Counted from the stretch's first letter, positions 38,385-52,345 are shown. The stretch is DNA of 63,971 nucleotides from Octopus bimaculoides (GCF_001194135.2 NC_068987.1:92012315-92076285); one strand, 5' to 3'. Notes: a model not told the origin generated them from the sequence alone. Made by a program: numbers and translations.

Positions 38385-38390
<6 letters not shown>
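38235..38390 (+). mobile_element. Degraded terminus of a second PLE-like family (homologous to 55500-55640)
   Basis: GAGCGTAGGCTCGAAACGTCAAA...GAGCTTCAAACTAATAC...CACCTGACGTTGCCTTTG matches the 55.5-kb copy. Confidence 0.6.
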
Positions 38391-38418
<28 letters not shown>

Positions 38419-39059
38419 TTCTCTGTTTGAAGCGAGTATTTCATAATTATCAAATGGCAATTAAGATCCACCCATTTCAAAGGACGAGATAATCTTGAGA
38501 TTTAAGAATTCGTCAATTTTAATATGCTATTATGTAAAGAACATGTTTATTTTCTTACTGGAGAAAAGTGGACGGTCTCGGGCGAGTGTTTCTGGCTGAT
38601 CAATCCTCATCAGCTCGACAATTGTTTCACCTTATCTCCAGTAGTTAACGAACTTTGTTAATTTGTATATTTAAACAAAAATAAGATTAGAGACATAACT
38701 GATAGCAGTTAGCTGAGCATATTCGAGCAACATCGACAGATACGGGTATCTTAAATACCACACGATTCATATTGCTGATGTATTCCAATTATCTCTGCCT
38801 CCAGAGTATGCATCAAAATTACCAGATCCACTTGAGGTGCGACATAATTTCAAAATTCTAGCAATCTCAAATTTTGTCATACCTTTAACAAAAATGCCAT
38901 GAGCATTGTCTGGACATAAGACGACAGTGGTGGACACGTGTTTCCCGCTGAATAGCAGTCATCAGCACGGCAGCTGCTCAAACTTATCTCCAGCAGTCAA
39001 GAGCGATGAGATGAGAAAAATAACTCGCAGTGACATTGTCGCGTTCTCCATCATGGTCG

Positions 39060-39445
39060 CCTCAATGTAGTCGATAGCAAATTTGATGGAGCTTTCGTAG
39101 CAAGGCCCTGCTGTGTTTGTTCAAGATCTTCACTTCATAGATTCTTGGATGATAGACATCACGTGTCCACAAGATATACACTACCAGTGTTAATTCTGCG
39201 CCTTTAATCAAGTTAGTTTTGTGGTAAGAATTGACTCTTGCTTGAGTTTTCAAAGATAGCAATACATATAACTATATATACATAGGTTTATACCTGACTA
39301 ATATCTGTAATTATTAGGGCATTCGGATAAGTAACACACTGCCTGAATTTAAGCTCTAATTACTGCCAAAGGAGGACCTACCCCATATTAAAATAAATTT
39401 GTTTGAAATTTGAAGGTGTTTCTATTATTTTGCCCAACCCCTGTA
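39060..39445 (-). mobile_element. Tc1/mariner remnant(s): transposase C-terminal ghost and a TIR-like end
   Basis: Minus frame ILWTRDVYHPRIYEVKIL resembles the FLWG..K..VY motif. ATTATTTTGCCCAACCCCTG-TA resembles a Tc1-like TIR. The two parts may be unrelated. Confidence 0.35.
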
Positions 39446-39613
39446 TATATACATGAATGCATGCATAGATTTACACATACATACGCAGATACATACATAC
39501 ATACAGCACATAAATACATATGCATGCATCTAGACATAAAAACGCATCCATAAAACAAACATACAAATCTGCGCATACACTAACACCAAATACTGCACAC
39601 ACACACACATATG

Positions 39614-39920
39614 CACAAATACCTAGATGATGTTGATAAAAGTTCCAATGAAGGAGCCTTGAATCTATGTTAGAGTCCGGCTCTTTCTCTATGGACAAGA
39701 AATACAGAAATGAAACTGATTGATAACATACATACACAGATGCTTACATACATACATACATACATACATATATACATATATACATACATATACACGAATA
39801 CAAACATACATGTAAAAATACCCTGTTGATGTTGTTGAAATTCCATTGGAGGAAACCTGGATCTTGGTTAGAAACCTGCTTTTTCTCTATTGGTAAATCT
39901 TGAGATAAAACTGAATAATC
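39614..39920. repeat. Two diverged copies (about 110 bp) of an unclassified repeat at 39614-39728 and 39814-39920
   Basis: Both read AAATACC..GATG.TG..AA.TTCCA.TG.AGGA.CCT.GA.CT..GTTAGA..C.GCT.TTTCTCTAT.G...AA....GA.AT.AAACTGA. Confidence 0.6.
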
Positions 39921-41385
39921 ACACACATACACACATACAGTACCTATACATATGTGCATGTGTGTATAAGTAGACATCCACACACACACACATACGTACA
40001 CACTGAAACACACACATACACACACATATGTAATGGAATCTCCTGTCGAAGATATAAGCACAAAGTCGTATACACAAATTAAGACTTTGTCGCCGATGAA
40101 TTATTGGGGCGTCGACCCAAAATACTTCGCGATATTGATTGCGTTTGATCTATATCGCTTTCTACTGGTACACACGTAATCATACCACCAACGAAATAAA
40201 TTACACACAGAGGACAAGCTGTGTTTGATGGAATCGACTCATTTTATAGTACCTGTTGACTTAGCATGATGGCTGCATTATTTAATAAGAAAAAAAAACA
40301 TAAAAGATTTAATTTTATATAGGAATATTTTCAACAGTTCTCACAAAAAGAAAATTGTAGAATAAACCACGGAATTGAATTATGATAAAAAAGATTACAA
40401 CAGATTTTCATACTCAATAAGGTCGAGTAAAGCATAGTTATTGAATATATCATATCATGTCTGTCTGTCTATCTACCTACCGGATTCTAAGAGGCAGCAT
40501 TCCTCCCTTCGATATTTCCTATCGTATTAGCTATTTTACAGATGAGTCAAACTATTATATATATNNNNNNNNNNNNNNNNNNNNNNNNNNNNNNNNNNNN
40601 NNNNNNNNNNATGTAAATCTCTACGAATACCTACAAAATTATTTATATTATCACTTCTTGAAAACAAGATAGAATCAGTAGAATTGTGCATGTAATGATG
40701 TAATGTTTAGGGCTGTTTTCTGACGCCCGATTATATCGTGGGTTCATATTGCACCACTGTCTAATCTAAATAGTTTCCAGTCCCCCATAAAAAGCCCATG
40801 AATTACCCTCAAGAACGGTACGATGCCTGCGTGTGGTTATAAATCTGTGTCTCTTTTTCATACATCTTCATCAATCAATCAGACAAGCAATAGCTATATA
40901 TCATGTATAGACAGTTTTTGATTACGGTTCTCACTAATCTATGCCGTCTTCTTATAGAATGTGTTTAAGAAGATAGTAAACTATTCAAATCTGTCTGAAA
41001 GGAAGAGTGTACATATGAGCAAGTATATATTCCACAGAATCAGAAAAACATGACAGGTCTGCCTTTAGCCAATCTTTCCTTCCACTCAAAGCAATAGAGT
41101 ACCGAATGAATTAGCAGTTTCTATGTATTTATTTATCCTCTGGGCAAATAGATTCTCTGTTGTTAATAACAATCCATCAATGTATTACTGGTTGTCGGAT
41201 TTAAATTACAACAAATATTGGAAATGTCTACAGGCAAAATATACAACTTTATCACACAAATACTACAGACATTCACATACATAGAAACGTCTAGAGATAT
41301 TAAAACATAAATTGTATAAACAGGCAATCACGTGTATTTGCATTCATAGACATCTGCCATGGTGGCATATCAGTTTGAACATTCG

Positions 41386-41448
<63 letters not shown>

Positions 41449-41731
41449 NNNNNNNNNNNNNNNNNNNNNNNNNNNNNNNNNNNNNNNNNNNNNNNNNNNN
41501 NNNNNNNNNNNNNNNNNNNNNNNNNNNNNNNNNNNNNNNNNNNNNNNNNNNNNNNNNNNNNNNNNNNNNNNNNNNNNNNNNNNNNNNNNNNNNNNNNNNN
41601 NNNNNNNNNNNNNNNNNNNNNNNNNNNNNNNNNNNNNNNNNNNNNNNNNNNNNNNNNNNNNNNNNNNNNNNNNNNNNNNNNNNNNNNNNNNNNNNNNNNN
41701 NNNNNNNNNNNNNNNNNNNNNNNNNNNNNNN

Positions 41732-41773
<42 letters not shown>

Positions 41774-42632
41774 CAGGGTGCGGTGAATATATTGTCGTCT
41801 AACTTATGCAAAACTGAAAATAATTCTGACATCTCATTTTAACAGATATCAAAATATCTTGAAATATTAAAGAATAAATTTATTAAATACAATCGCCATT
41901 GGCTTCACCCACGACCTCCAGACGATTTCGGAATCTCTTCCAACTCTTCTGGGCGGTGTCCCTGTTTAAGTTGGTGAATGCTGATATAATCCTTGCCTTC
42001 AGTTCATCTTTGGTTTTACAAGAATGTTTGCAGGTCTATCGCTCAACTGCACCGCACACATAATAATCAAGGGGGTTGCAGCCTGGGGAGTTAGGTGGCC
42101 AGATGTCAGGGGTGATGTGGTCGCAGAAATTGTCTGACAGCCATGACGGGGTTCCCTTGCTTGTGTGACATGGTGACAGAATCCTGTTGCCAGACATAGA
42201 ATCTTGCAGCAGCCACTCTCATGACCCAAGGCAGCACTATATAGTCTAGGCACTTGATGTAGAACTCTGTGTTGAGTCTGAGGTTGTGCAGAAAGATGAA
42301 TGGAAATATAATGTCACCTTCACTAGTGATCACTCAAAACACCACGAAGTTGTGTGGATGTTGGATTTTTATCGATCTCGATACATGCACTATCCTCAGA
42401 TTGACACCCGAACACTCTGAGATGTTTGCATTGGAGCTTCCGGTCGAATGCCAAACAGTGCAGCATATCATTTCCAAATTTCTGGCTGAATGAATTGCGT
42501 CATGGTGTTGTTTTTCTCACAGCCGATGCCCAACTGACCGTACTATACTGATTACTCGAGGAAATCAGAAACAAACGATGCGCCTGCGTGAAATTAAAAA
42601 AAATAACATAGCGTCAATCTACCATTCGCACA

Positions 42633-42635
<3 letters not shown>
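41774..42635 (-). mobile_element. Internally deleted Tc1/mariner element (maT/mori-like), copy 1
   Basis: TA-flanked TIRs CAGGGTGCGGTGAAT and CAGTGTGCGAAT. Minus strand encodes NTEFYIKCLD.IVLPW...YVWQQDS and WPPNSP.CNPLDYY...RFR.RLE.V.EANGD. Confidence 0.85.
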
Positions 42636-42681
<46 letters not shown>

Positions 42682-43474
42682 CATACATACAAACATGCAA
42701 ATATATATATGTATTGTGTCATCCCATAAATAATGCGGTTTTTTATCTTTTATTTTTCAAAATTAAGATAAACAATTCATGGCGAGTACATAAAAATTGA
42801 TAAAGAATATAAGTAAATTTTAGCTCATGTTTTATTCACATTTTTACATAAAAATGATGGCGAGTACATAAAAATAAGGTTATAAAAAAAAAAACTTTAA
42901 CATATTTAAAGAAAATTCTTTTATAACAAATTGCGCGCAACATTTCTTAAAACTTGCAGAGCATTTTCAGATTGATAATTCTTCGCAAAGCTTTACGTTT
43001 CTTCTTTGATGTTATAAATGTTGCCATGTTTTAGGGTTCAAATTTAAGCTGAATAGCAAAAGGCAGACGTTAAAAACGACGACGATGATGATGATGATGA
43101 TGATATAAGTTGGACCTATTAATACAAATATTTCTATATTCATACTTAAAAATTCATCACCTGAGAGTCTCCACATTTTGCTTTCTCTCGTTTTGCATGT
43201 ATACCTATCTACATACTTTGTATTTCCTACCGACACTGTTATATTTAATATATTTAATGTATCTAATTTGTTTATCCGCAAATTTGCCTCTATATCTGTT
43301 CAACTTCTTGATCCTTCTTACAGCCACTCTTTACTTTGCGTAATCGATCCCCTGCAAACACATCGGAATCTAAGTTTGAATCGCTTCAGCACTACTAAGT
43401 GTCTTTTATACTGAGAATCTCTGGATCCCTTTTGTGGACTATATGTTTATATGCATATATATATAATATATATA

Positions 43475-43530
<56 letters not shown>

Positions 43531-43964
43531 ACATAATATTTATATATACTAATTCATATAGTTTACAGATAAATCTATATAAAAATGCGCGTATATTTAT
43601 GTGTGCATATATGCGATTGTAATTTTTATATACAATTCTATACATATGAACGTTGTAAACACGCACCTGTAGAAATACGGATTGTATAATAGACATATGT
43701 GTACGGAACTTTCAGGTATGTAATGATGAATATATGCTTTCCATATAGTTTAGTTCGTATCGAATGTTCATATATATTTGCTATGCTTGTTTATATGGGT
43801 CCACAACTATATGCACCCCAAACTGCTGACAGAACAAGCGGGTATGCGTTATATACAAGTGTTGTCTCGATCACTACTAAGGTAAGGAAAACGACCCTGT
43901 TCAAACGTTCTTCACATCACCCGATATCATGTTCCATGTTATATTCTTGATGTATCACATTTGA

Positions 43965-45643
43965 TAGGTTGGAAAAGAAATCTTGTTGCATTTTTACATG
44001 ATCATTTCCAGGATACTTGTTTAATACAGCAAAATAAACATTATGATATCATAGGCATGTTTATTTTCTTTCTGATTTGGTGCTTAAATTACTATCGATT
44101 TCTTTTTTAAAATGAGTTTAGATCCGATTCATATCAGAGACTTCACGTTGTATATATTCAGAAGTTGCTCTTCAACAATGATAGCGGCAAGAACTATTCA
44201 TTCTTTGCATAGAAATGAAACTTTAAATATCCGGACATTCAAACAACTGCTTGGTGAGTTTCGCTTGGAAAATTTTTCTCTCGTAGTTTTCCCTCAAACT
44301 GCGCGAGCACATCCCGTCAATATTGAACTTCTGAACGCCGTAGCTCATGAATATCTAAAGCAAACTGCATGGGAATTAGCAAAACTGTACTTTGAAGTTA
44401 CACATCGATCATAAAACATCTTTATAAACTAGGAAAAATATCTCAAAATGTCACTCAACATCCGACTGCTTTTAACCTTAATTACAGAGTTACTCTCTGC
44501 TCATGAATGAAGTGCGCAATTTTTCTACCGAACATTTCCTGAATTGAATTATCAGAACTGATGAAAAATGGATTTTCTATAATCACTTCTAACGAAAACG
44601 ACAATTGTTAGCAACCAATGAAAAGAGAGAATCCATTCCCAAGCCAGGACTATAACCGAAACAGCTACACCCAGAACTTGATGTGGTACGAAGCGTGTCA
44701 ACTCTCAATAAGTGATCAACTGAAATCCAGCAAATAATTCGAAGCTGCAATGTCATCGATTGGAAGCACTGCGCAAAAATTTGCAGATAATCACCCATGA
44801 AAGATTAATCATATTGCGATTGCGAAATCCTAAATAGATGCAAGTGTGGCTGGGCTTCTCAAACACAGGGGTTCGGGTTAAGTGTGGCACTTGGAAGAGT
44901 GTCTACCGATATAGCCTCAGGCAGGCTCAAGCCTTTTGAGTGGATTTAGCAGACGGAAACTGCAAGATGTATGTCGTATGTCTGTGTGTGTGTTTGTGTG
45001 TATGTGTGTGTGTGTGTGTGTATGTGTGTGTGTGTGTTTGTATGTGTGTGTGTGTGTATGTTTGTGTATGTGTTTGTATCTGTGTTTCTCAGTCACTTGA
45101 TAACCAGTACTGGTGTGTTTAGGATCACGTAACTTAGCGGTTCGGCAAAATAGTCCTATAGAATAAGTACCAAGCTTAAAAAAAATAAGTATTGGGACTG
45201 ATTCATTTGACTAAAACTTATTGAAGGTGGTGCCCCTGCATGGCCGATGTCAAATTACTGAAACAAGTAAAAGGTAAAATGTTACAGGTGATGTGATGCT
45301 TATACACGACAATACACGATCCTAGAGTCCTCAAGTCACGCAGGTGAAAAAAAATCTCTATGGACGATCTCATTCTACGATCTCATTATTGTCTTTTCAA
45401 GATCGTTGCTGAGTCATTTAGTTTATTAATCATGAAGAGTTTGAAAATGATATTGAGTGTTTCATATTTTCAAAATCTGAAGAATTTTACGCCAGAGGGA
45501 TAAACAATTTACCAAATAGATGGGATTAATTTATCAACAATGAGGGTAAATATCAATCTTAATGAAATATATCAATGAAGATCTCAGAAACATTTGTTTC
45601 TTTCCCATCTTAAAATCCGACATGATTGTCTTTCCAAATTAAT
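43965..45643 (+). mobile_element. Near full-length decayed mariner (DD34D type) with nested SINE
   Basis: TIR-like ends ATAGGTTGGAAAAGAAATC and GATTGTCTTTCCAAATTAAT; HTH-like ORF 44112-44414; motifs (T)DEKWIFY, LIHDNT and SKSEEFYARGI. Confidence 0.8.
44845..45270 (+). mobile_element. SINE family 2 nested in the mariner
   Basis: GCAGACGGAAACTGCAAG-(TG)n-CGTAACTTAGCGGTTCGGCAAAA...AATAAGTACC...GGTGGTGCCCCTGCATGGCC. Confidence 0.8.
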
Positions 45644-46563
45644 GCATTAATGTATATATATTTCAAGAAACACACAAGCACATACATTTTTGCATATACA
45701 TGCGCACAAATATGCACAAGCACTCACACATACGCACACATATGTATATATAAATATACATAGACATATGTATGTATGAATTTATTCAAGTACGTCAATG
45801 AGAATGAATGTATAAACGATAGAACGTGGTGCTCAATACATTAGCTAGGAGTTACATATATTTTTGATAAAAATTATTTCACTCACTATCAGCTAATTGC
45901 ATACACATTACTTGCAAAATACGATAAATTGCATAAATATTCAAAACACTGAAAATGTTAGCATCAAATCTACATATAATTAACGATTTAAATGTTCGAA
46001 TAAATGATGCCAATTTTGGTTAATTGGCATTTAATAGTTATTTGGTTTTCTAAAATTTAAGTGATTTCAGAAGCTTTCATCTTCATGTTTAGCTAAAAAG
46101 ATTATTACCTCCCTTTCATGTCTGCAAAAATCTAATGTCAAATCGTTTAGATGTCTTGACCTGGATACGTATTTCTTTACAATTTCAATGGAGTTAATAA
46201 TTTATCACAATTCAGATTACGATGTATTTGGCACTTACTATTCAATGACGTAAACGCATTTTTAAAAGTCACCCAACTGATACATTTAAAAAAAAAAAGA
46301 CAGATGGTGCTTATAAAAGCAGTAAATATTTACTATTTCGTTTTGTCTCAGTTCTATTTATAACAAGTTCTATCAGGAAGGCGCTAAGAATTCTGCTACC
46401 AGTCACCCTCACTTCAATTAGAAAACTCGACCGAAACGTAACGATGATCTCGACGGGAGTTCATTCACCTGAGTAACTCATTAAAAGAATTAAGTTCTAG
46501 GTAATATGAACACTGTTTATTCAAAATCTATCTATGTGTATGTGTGTGTGTGTGCGTGTGTGC

Positions 46564-46605
<42 letters not shown>

Positions 46606-48007
46606 NNNNNNNNNNNNNNNNNNNNNNNNNNNNNNNNNNNNNNNNNNNNNNNNNNNNNNNNNNNNNNNNNNNNNNNNNNNNNNNNNNNNNNNNNNNNNNN
46701 NNNNNNNNNNNNNNNNNNNNNNNNNNNNNNNNNNNNNNNNNNNNNNNNNNNNNNNNNNNNNNNNNNNNNNNNNNNNNNNNNNNNNNNNNNNNNNNNNNNN
46801 NNNNNNNNNNNNNNNNNNNNNNNNNNNNNNNNNNNNNNNNNNNNNNNNNNNNNNNNNNNNNNNNNNNNNNNNNNNNNNNNNNNNNNNNNNNNNNNNNNNN
46901 NNNNNNNNNNNNNNNNNNNNNNNNNNNNNNNNNNNNNNNNNNNNNNNNNNNNNNNNNNNNNNNNNNNNNNNNNNNNNNNNNNNNNNNNNNNNNNNNNNNN
47001 NNNNNNNNNNNNNNNNNNNNNNNNNNNNNNNNNNNNNNNNNNNNNNNNNNNNNNNNNNNNNNNNNNNNNNNNNNNNNNNNNNNNNNNNNNNNNNNNNNNN
47101 NNNNNNNNNNGTTAGATATTCTTGGGGTGACGCTTCTAATTACATTTTTAAGAGTCACCTTTGCGGAGTGCAAATCGGCAGCAATCCTCCAAGAACAAGT
47201 AATGCAGTAATGCAGTAAGATGTAAGATTGAAGACTTTACTGCGGCCTGTGACTGGTTTTCATTAATGTATTCTATAATATTGACCCAGAACCTCGTCTG
47301 GAACGCATTTGGTCTTTAAAATAAAAGAATGCAGAATTGGTATTCTCACAAATAGTGATAATTCATTCTGACTTCTCTAACGGATTGTAGCTCACTTCAA
47401 ATTTGACGATCCTTATAGATACACACACACATATTTAAATATATGCGTGTGTTTCCTTCTATGTGTGCCTCTATATTCAGCAGCATACTCACGCACATAC
47501 ATACATACATAAATACATACATACATACATACACACACATACACACACAGATACATACATACAAATATACATCCGGACATAACACAAATACCGGCATTGA
47601 TTATTCGAATAGGTCTCGCAAGTTCGATTACATGAGCCAGTGGCCACTTTGACCATCCAGCCGCCGTCATACTGATAACGAGTAAATACGTTTAAAATCC
47701 AGGCTACATATGTTTCATAGCTAGCGCAACACCCGAAGCAGTTTTTATCCAAACGAGGGGTAATCTGCAAGCTACTCATCAGGCCAAATATATCTTAATG
47801 AAAAGGAGTTAACATTGTTTTTAAGGGATCCCATGTCGACTCGCAAGAGACTTCTTAATTTTGAATATATCTATAATATAAATTAAGCATGGGCGACCGT
47901 TGTATTCTTTCTTGCCTCGAGGTTTACGGCCAAACGGCTGGGCGGATTCACATGAAAAATGGCACACATGTGGAGACAGGTGCGTAGATGTGAACGCGAG
48001 GGAGTGC

Positions 48008-48161
48008 GAATTACTTCCTTGAAAGTTCCGAAGAGGGAGTTCGAATAACTTCCTGTAAAGTTCCGAGCGGAGAGGAATTACTTCTTGGAAAATTCCGAGG
48101 GGAGGGGAGAATTACTTCCTGGAAAATACCAAGGATGGGGAGGAAGGGAGGAATTACTCCT
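48008..48161. repeat. Minisatellite: 4 full units plus 1 partial unit with conserved GAATTACTTCCTGGAAA.TTCCGA core
   Basis: Units start at 48008, 48043, 48075, 48109 and 48151, separated by variable G/A-rich spacers. Confidence 0.85.
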
Positions 48162-48265
48162 TTGTTTACTTTAATTTTGAAAAATAAAAGAAGTATAAAA
48201 AAGCGCATCATTTATGGGATATGGTTATATATATATATATATAAACACACACACACACACACACA

Positions 48266-48303
<38 letters not shown>

Positions 48304-48369
48304 NNNNNNNNNNNNNNNNNNNNNNNNNNNNNNNNNNNNNNNNNNNNNNNNNNNNNNNNNNNNNNNNNN

Positions 48370-48420
<51 letters not shown>

Positions 48421-48440
48421 CACACACACAAATACACGCA

Positions 48441-49204
48441 TATATTTGCGAAGGGTAAATTGTCGTCATATTATATTTTTAATGTCGCGCATGAGCTTTT
48501 CTTTATTTAGTCGACTACCCATTATAGTAGGGTCAGTTGGCACCGTCTGTGAGAAAAACAGCACCACGGCGTAAATCACTTTGCAAGAAATTTGGAAACG
48601 ACATGCTGTGCTGCTTGACACTCGCGCCTGAAGCTCCAATACAAACAATTCAGAGTGTTTCGGTGTCAGTCTGAGGATAGTGCCTGTAGCAAGAGTGATA
48701 GAAATCGAACATCCAGTCAACATCATGGTGTTTAGAGAGGTCACTAGTGATGGTGACGTTATGCATCCATGCATCTTCCCACACGGCCCCAGATTCAACA
48801 CGGAAGCCTACCTCAAGTGCATTGACGAGTTATTGTTGCCTTGGGTCATGAGGGTGGCTGCCGGAAGATCCTATGTCTGGCAACAGGACTCAGCCACCTA
48901 ACTCCCCAGACTGCAACCCCCTTGATTATTATGTGTAAGTCGCAGTTGAGCGAGAGACCCTCAAAACTCCTTGTAACACCAAAGATGAACTGAACAGGGA
49001 GACTAACTTAAACAGAGAGACCCTTCAGAAGAGTTACAGGAGATTCCGAAGTCGTCTGGAGGCCGTGGTTGTAAACAATGGCGATTTTATTGAATAAATA
49101 TTCGTATATTTATGTAATTTTTGTAAATATATTTGTTAAAATGAGATGTCAGAGTTATCTTCATGTTTGCACAATTTAGATGACAATATATTCACAGCAC
49201 CCTG
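48441..49204 (+). mobile_element. Internally deleted Tc1/mariner element (maT/mori-like), copy 2
   Basis: Homologous to 41774-42635 over its length. 3' TIR ATTCACAGCACCCTG-TA; encodes RFNTEAYLKC..LLLPW...YVWQQDSA. Confidence 0.85.
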
Positions 49205-49652
49205 TATCTAAATCTAAGGGACTATATATATATATATATATAAATTATACGATCTTGTATTTTTGGCCATCAGCAGTTCTACCACTTCCCAGCTCTAATT
49301 AGAATAATGATTACATATGGTGGCATATTGCCATATTTGTTTGCGGAGCATTATATATGATTGAATTGAGGCCAGTAACTAAACAGGTAGTTAATTTATC
49401 GACCATAGAATCATGTAATCTAGATCTGCCTCTCACAATATTGTTTGACGAGCAGCTAATTAATTTATATTATTTAGTCTTCCACTTTAGAGATTGTCCT
49501 ACTCCTTCACTTTAATAATGCTAATTAGCATTTCCATTATTGTAATGATAATAATGACAATATTTAAAAAATGTAGTAATGATGTAAGTAGAGGGGGAAG
49601 AGAAATTTATGTTAGAAAAAGAAGGGAATGTAGAAAAGAAGGGAATGTAGAA

Positions 49653-49702
49653 AAGAAGAAGAAGAAGAAGAAGAAGAAGAAGAAGAAGAAGAAGAAGAAG
49701 AA

Positions 49703-49768
<66 letters not shown>

Positions 49769-49805
49769 GAAGAAGATGATGATGATGATGATGATGATGA
49801 TGAAG
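49653..49805. repeat. (GAA)n-(GAT)n compound microsatellite
   Basis: Visible directly in the sequence. Confidence 0.95.
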
Positions 49806-52100
49806 ATTGAAAGCAGGAGAAAATGTTGAAGAAATGTTAAGAAGTTTTAATTACAGCTCGTCTTAAATACTAAAAGGAAAAAAATGGTGTATTTCGTATG
49901 TCAATATATAAATTGGAATAGATGCTGCTATTGAATTTAATAATATAAAAAAAACATGATTCGAACAATATAGATTCTATATTTAAAGCGTATTTCCACC
50001 GCTAACCAATTCTAGAGACAACTAATTATTAAGTCTGAGGAAAAGAAAACAAAATTATACGTAATTTATCTGGAGGCAGATTCTTAAGAATCGATATTTT
50101 TATTTGTAATTATTATTTTTTAAACATTTTTCTAGTAGAATAGTGCGTTATCCGCACCACCGACCGCTTCTCTACGTCTTAAAAACCATTTCAAATAACT
50201 TCGAGTCTAATTAGGTTTGGATTTTTATGTAAAAGAAGAAAGAAATCTCTACAAATTCAGATGAATTGAAATATAATAGGTAATAATTTCGTTATCTCAT
50301 TTTAATTTTTCACTGTGTACTTTCCTTTATATACTTATATTTATATCCTAATGTATTTATTTATTCTTTGCTGCGCAAATTAATTTAATTTTCTAGTGAA
50401 AGTGCATTTGATTAGCTTACAAAAATAAAATGATTGCAAAAATCTAGATAAACAGACAATATTTTGAAATAACAAAAATGTGTATTCATGGTGGAATCAG
50501 ATATCAGTAAAACAATAATACTTTGCTAATTGGAAAAGAAGCTGAACATACAAGTCCTACATATATATATATCAGTTTCTCATCTAATCAATCCACACCG
50601 AGTAATCTCTTTAGAAATCCTGACTGTTTATCATACCGTAACCTGTAACGTACGAAAGTAAATAAAAGAAACACACACGTACACACACTATTAACAGCAT
50701 TACTCTCATTTACTTTCAATCTATTAAAACATGAATATTTTCGAACAACACTTTTTCTGAAATAAATAATGCTATATACCAAAATGGTGCCTGATTGTCA
50801 CAAATAAAACTGTTTTGCGTTAACCATTTTTTTCTAAAACTTAGTATGCTAATAGTATGAAATTATCATTTAATTTTTCATGATTACATTTTTACATCAA
50901 TAAATATATATTTCTGTGATTCTCCATAATTATTTATTCGTCAGCTATAGCGGGAAGTCACATCTAGATTAAGCATCTGTTGAATATTATCTCAGGATGC
51001 AAGTGCCAAGTACCTTCCGATAGAAGAACAATTTTTCTCACTAAATAATACAAAGTTTCCAACGAATGTTATAATCCGATTTAGTTGCTGTTATACATTA
51101 TGAGCATATAGCTATCTATACCTAATTTTCTATAAGTACTTCTGGCACATTCATTAAATAAACGCGATAAAGGTACAGAATTGAAATACATTGAAATGTT
51201 TAATAGAGAATTATCTGCAGATTCCCGAATCTTTGAGCGAAGCAACAAGATTTAGTACCATTCCATTCTATACCACGCATCACGTTAATCGTCAGTGATG
51301 AAGTTTTGCATGTTATCCAAATTGAATGCTAGACTTATATAAAGGAGAAAAACACAACATGCTCACGGTGGTCAAACAGTGGTCTGTAGAAGAAATTTAA
51401 TGTTACATGGCGAAATGTGTGTTATATCTATGTAACACGGAAAAAGAAAATTTAAAATTTATATTTGGTTACCCAAGTCATGTTTCTTCCTTCACTTTTC
51501 GAAGCGTATTTTACGAAATAATCGACCGTATACTTCCTCAAAACTCACAATATTAATGATTATCATCGAAATTAAACATTTTCTTGTCTTCTTTTAATGG
51601 CATATATGTATGAGAAATTGACGAAGTCAATGACAGCAAATTTAATAATATTGGAATCACGATGGACCTGCAAAACTGAAGTGGAAAGTGGGAAAGAGTT
51701 TCACTTCAGTGGGGAGTGAAATTACGACGAAGTGAAAAGAAAGTTACGGCTGCCAGACATAGTTGTAAAACTTATGCGTGGTAACATTTATGCTTGTTCA
51801 GCAATTTTGAAAAGCAAACAGTTCTATTATTGATTTCTTTGCAATTGAAATGGAAAATGAAAGAATCTAAAGTAAATACTTTCAATGAAGCCATGTTACG
51901 CGGTTATTCTACATTGAACTATGCATTGATTAAGGATGTATTTTGTATTAAGGTTTACAGTCAATAGAATCGACTCGGATACAATGGGGATAACTTTTTG
52001 ATTAACTGAAGTTAATGGCTTAAATTGAGTCAATACCGATAGATTATTGGGAATGGGTCAATTAAATATCATAATGCATTTAATTTATATATATATATAT

Positions 52101-52155
<55 letters not shown>

Positions 52156-52310
52156 TGTCTGAGTCTGTGTATACATATATACGTGTATATATATATATTA
52201 TATATACACATACATATACATATATGCACACATGCAATCACAGACACAACTACACACATACACACACAACCACACACACACACACACAAACAACCATACG
52301 CATACACACA

Positions 52311-52345
<35 letters not shown>

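Noticed and set aside
38557-38642. Short imperfect inverted repeat ACTGGAGAAAAGTG / CACCTTATCTCCAGT
   Set aside because: Too short and imperfect to call a MITE without other copies.
42712-42900. Mariner-like TIR start TATTGTGTCATCCCATAAATAATGCGG
   Set aside because: No matching opposite TIR or coding remnant found, so it cannot be delimited.
48008-48161. CRISPR-like look (palindromic repeat plus variable spacers)
   Set aside because: Spacers are only about 8-18 nt and low-complexity, the context is eukaryotic and there are no cas genes; kept as a minisatellite.
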